Source of the DNA: Collodictyon triciliatum
Lineage: Eukaryota
Length of the DNA stretch: 41,888 bases
Assembly (NCBI GenBank): GCA_043381765.1
Contig: JBHJMP010000381.1
Coordinates: forward strand, 1-41,888
Reading direction: 5' to 3'
The notes under the pieces are model-generated. The model ran no database searches, was not told where the DNA came from, and saw only the letters and a program-made list of their open reading frames with translations. Made by a program: the position numbers and the translations under genes. Positions 1 to 10,700 of the stretch are shown piece after piece; position 1 is the stretch's first letter; every line of letters starts with the position of its first letter.

Positions 1-5
1 AAAAA

Positions 6-78
<73 letters not shown>

Positions 79-110
79 GAGAAAAAAAAAAGAGAGAAAA
101 AAAAAGAGAG
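1..110. repeat. Poly(A)/A-G low-complexity tract at window start (T-rich HUWE1 intron on the sense strand)
   Basis: Directly visible; probable cause of the assembly break that truncates HUWE1. Confidence 0.9.
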
Positions 111-202
111 AATTGTTGTTTATGATGCTTTTCTTTTCGAACTTTGCAACACAAACCTTTGAATCGAATAAAGGAAAAAAAAAAAAACTTTGCAACACAA
201 AC

Positions 203-1783
203 CTCACTATCCATATCCCGAACTACACGCCAGAACCACTGGATTTGCGGGCTTGTCACAGTATACCCTTGATATTCGGTATTTGCGTACCAATCGCCCA
301 CATCGATTTCTGGCATCCCACAGATAAGCAGTTCGAGCTCTTGGTCATTGAAAATAGAGATGACTTCGGCCGGGATGATATCGTAAAATCCCTGGATTCG
401 AGAAGCGATATTAGTGGCTGTTTGCAGGAGAGATTGCAAAGTGCAGAAAGGAAATATGTGTTATACCCCAACAAAAGCATTGATTTGCTCTTGAATCGCT
501 GTCTTCATGCGATGCATCGTGACAAGTTGGACATATTCAAGCTACATATCAAGTGAAAAGTTTTCTTTTAGAAATATATTTAAGGCATGACCTGTCTGGC
601 CTTCACACTAATCCTGTCGCTTAAGCCCAAGCTATAGGTATGAGTTACCTTGTTTGATTCCGTGACAGCAATATTTTTTCCGTTCTCTTTCAGTTCCACA
701 AGGACGGTTTCACCAAACTATCACAATAATATTTTTTTAAATAATAATAAAATAAAGATTGAAAGCAGTATAAAAACATCCGTGCAACATCATATAAAAG
801 TGTATTAAAAAACCTTGTCCATCTCTACTGAGAAAGTCAAATCCACCACGTTCGTAATGTCGTTTTCTAACAAATAAATATATGTATTTTTTTTTATAAG
901 TCACTTGTTCGACCACATTTTGAAAAGTAATTATGTAATCACACCAGCAGAATCCAAATTATCACAAAAATGATACAAAAAGTGCGACAGACCCAATATC
1001 CAACATATGCTTTTGTAGTACTCGGGGTCAACAGCTTCGATGTCGCGGTAGTCCAGTGGCAGGTTCAGCATGTGTTTGTAAAAAGACCTGGTAAAGTGGG
1101 CGTCCAAGTGCTGCCCATCAACAATTGCCATTCCGATGATTCGACCAATGAACTGATTGCAAATTATCACAAATCAGTTTCAACACATAAATAAGATACA
1201 ACTGGGGCAAGAGAAAGAATGCTTTGCTCTGGACACACCTTAAAGTATCGCAGATGGTCGTGGTCAGCACTGAATTGAGAATGTGGGTTCGGCTGGAAAG
1301 TGGAGGAGCCTGGTGCGATGGGGATAAACAAGGCATAGTTCGGATTGAACATCTCCTTCGCCAGAACTTGGTACCTTTGTATATTAATAGCAGTGAATAA
1401 AATGAAAAGAAACAAACAATTAATGTGATTTCAAATGCCCACAAAAAAATCCCAATAATATCAAAATCAGCAAACGAAGCCATTATTGAATAGAATGAAA
1501 TGAACAACAACCATTCGCGGAGCGGACCTCCAGCATCGATAGCCTCTTCACCCTCGAACGTAACTGTGTTTTTTTAACTCACCCAATCAGTATTCAAACA
1601 ACATTCAGCACAACAAGGCTGATTGATACCACCATGATGATGCATTATGTTAAAGCGATATGTTTTGGTGATGAAATAGTGTGTTTGCACTCACCTGAAA
1701 TCCGTCCTTTGAGTTCTTCTCCAGTTTTAGAGATGAGATGTCTGAACGAGTCCTCAAAAACATTGCTTCTCTTTACCCTCAAC
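203..1783 (-). other. HECT domain exons (N-lobe and start of C-lobe) of the HUWE1-like ligase
   Basis: LRVKRSNVFEDSF...GRIS|VTFEGEEAIDAGGPLREW|YQVLAKEMFNPNYALF...FK|FIGRIIGMAIVDGQHLDAHFTRSFYKHML...DPEYYKSICWIL|ENDITNVVDLTFS...ELKENGKNIAVTESNK|LEYVQL...|GFYDIIPAEVISIFNDQELELLICGMPEIDVGDWYANTEYQGY...QWFWRVV. Confidence 0.96.
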
Positions 1784-4700
1784 TGATATTTGAAGAGTAC
1801 ATTCAGAAAAGTCATGAAACATAAAACAGTGGACTTCTTTTTTAAAGTTGCGGATATCTGAAACTTCGACCCATCAAAACTTACTGTAATGGATGAGTAG
1901 GGTCGTGACTCAAGAATCCTGGTAATATGATTTCGGAAGTGGCATCTCTTGTTATCGAAAGTGAGGAGCTTTGGATCTGCACACAAGAATAGCATAGTTT
2001 AGCGAACGAATGTGAATTCAGAAGAACAAGAACGAAGTGTGCTAATGTTTAAGATATGTAGAGATAAACGTCATAAACAAAGCGTATGCTCATAAAAGTA
2101 AACCTTTCAAAAGAATGCTAAATGTTGTCTCCAGAAGCTCAGGCTCGTGACGGATGAGGTCGTTGAGCAGTTGGCGATGGTCATGGGTGAAAGTGGAAAA
2201 GAACGGATCGACACCTTTGATGCTACTTCTTGGTGCAAGAGAGTCTTGGGCGGTATCCGTCATCCTGATTTTAAAAGTATGATATATAGAATTAGCTCGA
2301 TTACGACAATAGTGGGATAGTACAGTGAATTTCGAATCTATGTTATCACCACAGATACTAAGCTAACCTTTCCGCATATTTTTATTCTAATGATGATAAT
2401 GATTAAAATTCCATAAATCATACATTATGTTTTCGACAGCTGTGATTCGCGGTGAATCCGGACGTGCGAGTGTCGGGTTTGGTAATCCGTTGGTTGGCGA
2501 ATGAGCGATAAAGAAGGCTTCGACAGTCGACAGCAAAAACATAAGGATGGAATTGGCTTGGGGAGGTATTGAGCCGTTGTCTACAAACACATTTGTTAAT
2601 GTTATGAATCAACAGGATTTGGATGACTTTGTTAGCAACATTACTTCATGTGTCAGAGAGTAACGTAAGAAAATATTTTTTTGATAGTTCTATGTGACTA
2701 CCTGTGGGCGTGGTAGCTGGAATATGCAGAGAGCCGATGGATGTCATAATATGGTGAAGCAGTCTCCATAAATCCTCAAGTGATTTTACCAGGTGGCTCC
2801 ACTTGCTAAGCTCGCTGGTGATAGGATTGAACGATGCAATTTGCTGCATATGTAAAGATTAGGTGTACTCTTGTCGGTGAAATGACCAATTAACGATTCC
2901 AAAAGGATGAACTGGCCAGCAACGTAATGCATACTTCGATACATCGAAAGAGCATAAAAGCAAGTGGGAATATAGCACATGTAAATAATTGTATTAAAAG
3001 TAGAATACAGGGACTAAATTTTCGAATATGAATCAATAAAGCAAACCCCATCATCAGATTCCTTCGGTACGAAAATTAAGTTTCTCACAGACTGGATGAC
3101 GCGAAGGAATGAAACTTGTTTGGATGATGCACCAAAGAGGGAAAGGGTTGGGTCTGACGAATTCATAAGAAAAATATAAACAAATAAAGATAATCATGTA
3201 TTCGCCATGATGATATATATATATATATATGTTGGACAGATAATTGATGCAATTGACGTTGGAATATCCATGCCATTTTCAAACCTTCAGACTGAATCTG
3301 CGAAGTGGGTGATTTGCTCTTCATCTCATCAACCACAATCATTAGACGGGATATAGTGTATATCACATCCTTGGATATTTCATGACAATAATTCACAAGC
3401 TCATCGAGCATAAGCGACCGATTTGAGCCATCGTTTGCAATATTTGAAAGGATTGACAGGACGCGGTTGAATGAGGACGATGCACAGTCCTTGTCAGCAA
3501 AAAGACTGATGAGAAGATGCATAAACTTTGGCGGTAGAACAAGCAGAATATCGTCAGGGGTTTTGTCCAGCAACGCTATATTCTCGGACTCTTTAAGCTC
3601 ACTGGCCTGTGCGGGTGTTGTTTCGTCTAGTTTAGCAACTCCTGTATCCTGGGCCGTTGTAGTCGCCTCGGGAGCTTGACTGCATGTCAATAAAATAAAA
3701 ACCACGTGAGATTAATGAGCGCTTAAAATTTGAAGAACAAATCTTAAGATAAAGAGACTAGAGTGTGAAACATTTCGTTTTGGCAATACAAGAATGTTGA
3801 AAAACCTTTCTGCGAGTGATGCTATAGGAGTTCCCGATGTTTGTTGAGGTTCGGTTGTTTGATGCTCGTTTAGCGGATTGTTCGAAGTTACAGCATTTGC
3901 GGCATTAGTTGGTGACTTTTTTGCTCTATAGTAGAGAACATTGGTAACTAGAATCTCGAGAAGTTGAACAAGTAGTTCTGTGTGGGCGACATTGTGAGCC
4001 AATATGGGATGTGCAAGAAGGCCAACTAAACGACCAAAGGACACACTCTCTTGCCTATTGCACAGTTGAAGATGAGAAAGGTGATTGATTAAAAAGATGT
4101 TTTTTTTTCTCGAAAGAGTCATTTTTTTGGAACACACTTACAAGGACATACGAATACATAGGAAATCGTATGAATTAAAAAAAAAAAAGAAGAGAAACTT
4201 CATATCATTATACAGCCAAGTATTTAAGATGGAATTGATGCCTACTTTGAAGATAAGATAGAGGTATCTGGTGCAATTATATCATCTGAAGGCAAGTATT
4301 CGTGTGGCAAGCGAAGCAAACAATAGGCAACAAATTCGTTGTTTTTGCACAGCGAAATCAACGTTTCCAACACTCTACGAACAATTAAGGACGAAGACCG
4401 TGACGCATCGCTGTTGAATCAGAGAAAAAATCACAAATTTAAATGCATGATGGAAAGAAAAAGAAAAAGAAAAAGAAAAAGAAAAAGAAAAAGAAAAAGA
4501 AAAAGAAAAAGAAAAAGAAAAAGAAAAAGAGAAGAAAAAGAGAAGAAAAAGAAAAAGATTAAGAATAAGGAAAAATTTATTCAATTCAGACAAACCTTGT
4601 GTGGGATGGAATCATCCTTGAAACACCGTCCGAGGAAGATTTTGCAATGTACCCGCGGACAATATCGACAATCTCTGATGCAGAGCAGACGGGATGCGCT

Positions 4701-7700
4701 GTACCACACATGGGTGTCAGCAAAAGAATCATAATCACCTTAACCAGCGTATCCCGAGACTTTGGGTATTGGGCCATGTAGCCCAGTAGGCGTTGAAGGA
4801 GGGCTTTGCTTAGTGGCTGCGGCAAGAACAGAACACGGAGGATGGACAGAATGGACTTTTCATCCAGAATCCCGATGAGGCGGTCGCTGGTGTCTGCTTC
4901 CTTCTGGGGTTGTGAGTCTGGCCCGATGCCTAACGGCGCGGCCGGCGAACTGGCGCTGGACCACGGGATGAACGGAGGAACTCCCCCCATCCGAGCAGAA
5001 TGCGAATGACTGTGCCCAAAGAGAAAGCCGTGGTTGTGGCTGTGGTTGTGGCTGTGGCCGTGATTGTGTCGGCCGAAGCCCACATGATGCTGGAACGTTC
5101 GGTGCCTGTGCGTCTGCTCGCGTAACATGGGCTGCATAGCGGGCCACAGAAGAGGGATTTCCGGGCCGCCGGCGTTGTCCTGAGTCCGCCCGAGCCCAGC
5201 AGAGAGCCGATTGGCCAGGTCAGAGCTGAGCGTCTGCCCGCCCGTGACAATGTTGAAGCGAGGTGGGCTGCGTGGGCCGGTCTCGGTCACAAGAGAAATG
5301 AGTCGCGCCAGGTCCACCGGGGGAGAAGCAGCATCCCGCTGGCGGCTGCTTTGGTCCTCGACGGCAGAAAGTTGCGGAGCAGGTGGTGGCTGCTGCATCA
5401 CGGGTGGCTCTTCGCCGACTGAGACGGTGAGTGCATCTGGGGAGAACACATCGCCGGGTACAATGCGCGGGAGGCTAAGAATCTCTGTGTTTTGTGCAGG
5501 CGCCGCCAGTCCGCTGTCGGTCAGGGCTGCAGACGATGCGACAGACGCCTCTGGTGGGACAGAAGTCGTAGCTGAATGCGACGTCGGAGGCAGTAGACTC
5601 GCGTGGTCACCAAGCAGGGCAGAGCTGACGACTTCATGCAGCCGCGGAAGTTGCGTTGTCTGCACGGGCTCGACGGAGGCTGAATCCGACGCTGCATGTG
5701 GCGGCTGTGTCGCTCGAAGTGCATCCATAAACGCCGGATCGAGCCCCAGACTCTCGTCGATGAGCGAGCCGCGCGGCCGCCTTCGCGGAGCAGGGCCTGC
5801 AGACGGGTTTGGCTGAGGAGGCAAAGGCAATGACGGCAGAGGTGGGCCGTCGGGTGTCGAGTTTGGGCCGGTTTGTGTCTGCGATTCGGTTGTGGATGGT
5901 TGGGCTGGTGGGAAGCTGAATGGATTGGCAATCAGCGACGTGTGGATGTCGTTCATGATGGCTTCGGCCATGTTTGCGCGTAGGGCCCTCATGCTGGTCA
6001 GCGACTGGCCTGTCTGTCTCCGTGTGAAGGTCGACGCGATGGACTGGATGGAATCCTGGATGGCCGGGTCAGCCGCAGCCGAGACTGGCTGCTGTGTGGA
6101 CATGGCCGGCCCGCTCTGCGCTTGTGCGGGTGGTTGGTCTGCAGGGAAGGCAGAGGACAGCTGCATGATGGCGGGGATAAGGCTGTCCAGCGCTTGGCGT
6201 TGCGAGGCGGCCGAGCTTTGCTGTCGGTAGAGAAAGCCGGAGCGGCTCGGCAGGACGGCTGATGGGCCTCTGCGCTGCGCAGAGATTTCAGGCAGGGACG
6301 CAGGCTGCGACGAGGCGATGCTGCCGATGAGACCAAAGAGTGCATTGCTGCTATTGCGAGGCTGGATACTCGTGGTCGGCAGCAAAGGTTCGGCAGGAGT
6401 CGAAGCTGGTTCGCTGGATGGGCCGCGCTCGTCTGTGGAGGGCTGCATGGAGTTTGCAGCAGTGGACGGAGTTGCTTGGCCCTCTGGTGCGTTCGGTGCG
6501 GTTGCAGATGGCGCGCTTGTTGGAGGCCGCTGTCCCCGCAGTCCGCTGAGAATTTCCTGGCCCATCGATGTGGCACGCTCCTGGAATGCACGGTGGTCGT
6601 TGTTGGTTTGAGCGAAGTGTGAGTCGGGATGGAGACCGTCGGGTGAGTAATGCAATAATTCAAGGATTCGTGCGGTGGTGGGTATGAATGATATATTGAC
6701 TATTTTAGTCGAAAAAAAAGAGAAGAACAAAGAACAAAGAACAAAGAACAAAGAACAAAGAACAAAGAACAAAGAACAAAGAACAAAGGACAAAGGACAA
6801 AGGACAAAGGACAAAGGACAAAGGACAAAGGACAAAGGACAAAGGACAAAGGACAAAGGACAAAGGACAAAGGACAAAGGACAAAGAAAAAAAAAGGAGG
6901 GAGATATAATATATAATTATAAATGAAACTCTTACAACAACTGGCATCTGAGGGCGACTGTTTGCATCAGACCAAAAGAACGAGCGATTGCGGACTGAGC
7001 CGTGCAAGCGGGAGCCCAAAGTGTGCGGAAATCCTGGGACCATCTCTGTGCTGATGCGATACGACTCGAGACGCTCATTCTCGAGCTCGGCTGTGCCTTG
7101 CTGGAGGCCAAAGATGTGTGCATGACCGTCATGAAGCATGTGTCCGGTGTTTAGAAACGGATACTGCGCGTGGCCGTCGCCAAGAAGGAGCGAGTGGTTT
7201 GTGTCTCTGAAAAAGATGTTCATGGCACCCATTGCATGCGGCGGGCGGAAGCGCGGCTCGTACTCTGCGTAGGGATTGTCTGCGCCGATGCCATATTCTG
7301 CCAGGCGGTACGGCCGGTCCAGTCCCATAGGGTAGCGCAGCGACAGAGGGTCGAGCTCCTCTCGGTCGGCGTCGATGTCCAGCGCATATCCATCAAAGAC
7401 GGCGTTTCCGGTCTCCTCTGCCTCGTCGTACTCGTGCTCGTCATCCTCTTCGTCTTCGTCGTCCTCGTCGACTTCTTCGTTGTCTTCCTCGTCGTTTTGC
7501 AGTGCAGCTGTGTTCCCAATGAGCTCGCCGTCATCATCCACAATGTCCTCTCCATTTTCTCCGTCTTCCTCGTCGATGTCTGTGAGGACTCGTCCGTCGG
7601 CCCCGTTTCGTCCTCCACCGTTGCCGCCGCCGTTTGCGCGTTCGATATCCGCTGCGTCGATGAGTGACGTGTTGGGCCCGTCCATCTCGGAAAAGTGTGT

Positions 7701-10700
7701 CACAGACTCATCCAACTCGCTCGGGTCCACAATCGGCATCGTGTCCATACCATCAGCGTGTTCTTCGTCGTCGCTGATGCTGTTCAAACTGTCATCATCG
7801 CTATCGTCATCATCGTCATCATCATCGTCTTCGTCGTCGTCATCATCATCCTCACCATCATCGTCTTCGTCATCACTATTGTCATCATCATCATTATCAT
7901 CGCCCCCATCGTCTTCATTTTCATCATCATCCTGGCCCAATTCTCCTGCTCCTGCTCCTGCCTCGGTGTCGTCTACATTTCCGTCTGCATCATCACCGCT
8001 GTCGTCTTCGTCGTCAAAATCGTCCAGGTTTGAGGGAAGGTCAACCTCTTCCAACCCGGAAAATCCTCCGTTGATGATTTCCTCCAGATCACTTTCACTA
8101 AATTCCTCGCCATCACCGATCTCGCCATCATGCATGCCTTCGTTCTTGTCGCCATCATCTTCATCGCCATCGTCGTTATCTTCGTCTTCATCATCATCTA
8201 CACCATCTCCATCTTCGTCATCGTCATCATCCTCAAAGTCCTCAAAGTCGCTTTCGGAGAAGATGTCGACACCTTCTGGTATTTCGGTGACGTCAAACAT
8301 TATGGCAGGCATATCTCCAGCGAATAGCAGGGAGTTATCGACAGGATTTCTTGTCATAGCAATGGCAGCAGCGTGTTCGGCATCCCCACTCACGCTTTGA
8401 GCATCGGCTGTTGGCTGGATGCGTTCTGCAGAGGTGCTTTCCTGGACTGATTGAGTCGACAATGCTGCATTCTCCGGGGCCGAATCCTGGGCAGTGTCAA
8501 TCAGCTGTTGCAGGCGCTGTGTATTTGCCACTTGTTGTAAGATTTCGGTCAGGTACTCCGTGGCCAGTGGAGGCACACCAATCTCCGAAGTGACGGTCAA
8601 TGTGAAGCTGTTTCCTCCCATTTCTCCTTGCAAAACAGTGCGGTTTTCGAGAGGAGCCCCGTTTATATCCCCACCTAAAGTATCCATCAGGGAAGACGAG
8701 TGCGCTTCATTCGAGTTCAGGTCAGTTTGGCGCTGCATGTCAGACATGTATGCTGCGTTGATTGCGTCCGTGGCCGAAAGTGCATTCATTTCGTCGGCCG
8801 CAGCCGCTTCCTGGATTTGCATCTCGTTTGCAGTAGTTTGGCTCGCACTCGCCACAGACTCTAGAGTGCCTTGCTGCTCATTGGCACGTATATTTGAGGC
8901 ATCACCAGACAGGCCTTTGGCTTCGGAAGCTGGCAGAGATTTGCTTTCCTTCACCAGTTTTAGTTGGTCAATGGGAATTGTGGTAGCTTGCTTCGTCAGA
9001 AACTCGATGGGCCGCAAAATAGAGACAGTTGCCTGATGTTTTTTTTTTGGATGAGTAAATTTTGTTAATTTTTCATATTATTATCCCATGAGAACAGGAG
9101 CAAAAAATAAGAATAAAAATAAGAATAAAAATAAGAATAAAAATAAGAATAAAAATAAGAATAAAAATAAGAATAAAAATAAGAATAAAAATAAGAATAA
9201 AAATAAGAATAAAAATAAGAATAAAAATAAGAATAAAAATAAGAATAAAAACAAGAATAAAAACAAGAATAAAAACAAGAATAAAAACAAGAATAAAAAC
9301 AAGAATAAAAACAAGAATAAAAACAAGAATAAAAACAAGAATAAAAACAAGAATAAGAAAATATAAGAAAAAATAAATGAATTCGTGAGGTGAATAGATT
9401 CGTGTAGATATTGAATAGATTTCATTCAAGAGGGACAAACCTCTCCAGCGTCCTCGTCATCCAAATCAAATTCAGAGAGAGCCTCGGACAATGCAGCAAT
9501 CATATTGTTTTGTAACATTACAATCACCATTTGGCTGGAAGGCGACAATCGACTAATCATCGAGTATATCCAATCTGACAGAGACTGCACAAGAAGATTC
9601 TTTTGCCTGCAAGCAGTGTACACAAGATGATGTCAGCTTAAAAGCGTTAGGGACGTAAATATATACATATATTACAAAATCAACAGAAGAGGCACCTTAG
9701 AATGCTTTGAAATATGAAAAAGGACTGGTGTGGAATGAAATCCATCAATTTACCTTTTGGGTTTAGAAGTATCTTGAAAGAAATTAAGAGCTTCAGCCAC
9801 AACCCTTGTGCGAGGGAGATCCCCGCATCTATTCATGTCAATTTACTTTATAAGAAAAAGAAAAAAAAGGTTGCCGTATATGTAAAAGATCAGATTGAGA
9901 AAGTGAAGTGAAGAAAGAAAAAGCGTTGATAAGATTTGAAATATATGGCTTGCACACAATTTAAAACATCAAACTATGACCCATAAAAATGGTCGATAGG
10001 TACCTGGAGCAAAGGGCAGTGAGCAACACAGACATAGAATGAGCCGAGTTCCATTCTGTTTGTGGATAGGCCAGATTTCGGTCTCGGTTAAGTGTGTCGG
10101 GATACGGCATGTACTTCTCCATTAATTGATGCAAAGTGTTGATAGCTTGATTGCTTTCTGAGGAAAATTTCCTACAGATGTAAGCAAAATAAAGGGGTAT
10201 TAGATTTAGCCACAGGATTCAAAAGCTGCCAAATGGCTTCTCAACCAATATGTGCACTTATGTATATGTATTCAACATACTTTGGGACATGTGGCTTGAA
10301 TATAACCGGGCAGACAACAGCTGGGTAAGACATTACAAACTCAGCCAAAGCCCTAATGAGAAGAGGAGGGTCCACAATAAACGTTGCCGGTTTCTGAATG
10401 CTATTTGCTTCTGACAGAGCCAATGCATCTGACGATGTCGGAGTTGATGCGACAGTAGACAAGGCCAGTGTGCCGACTTGTGATGACAAGCCCCCCAGAG
10501 TGTTGTGAGGTATTGTTGGGGTTAGAGAGGCTGCGCTTGTTACTGGGGACGCTGCAATCTTGTTCACTTCAGTTGAAGGAGGCTGCTTGCGATATGGCAA
10601 CACAGCTGCAGGGGGTTTTGAAGAGGCGCTCGGATGTGCCCAACGATTGTGGTTCTGTAGATATCTGCGGTTTTTGATAAAAGAAGGGTTATTTGTATTC

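Noticed and set aside
6725..6885. Regular repeat array considered as CRISPR-like or telomeric
   Set aside because: No spacers, eukaryotic intron context, and the unit is not repeated elsewhere or at the window ends
4806..9036. Long plus-strand ORFs (341 aa Ser-rich, 201 aa, 180 aa etc.)
   Set aside because: Antisense shadows of the GC-rich, acidic HUWE1 exons; no independent homology signal
4339..9438. ORF-track proteins with poly-KR, SFVLCPL, poly-KN, poly-FL/FI runs, and the termini of the 763-aa and 770-aa ORFs
   Set aside because: Translations of intronic microsatellites; the real exons are bounded by GT/AG sites at 9032-6936 and 6580-4596
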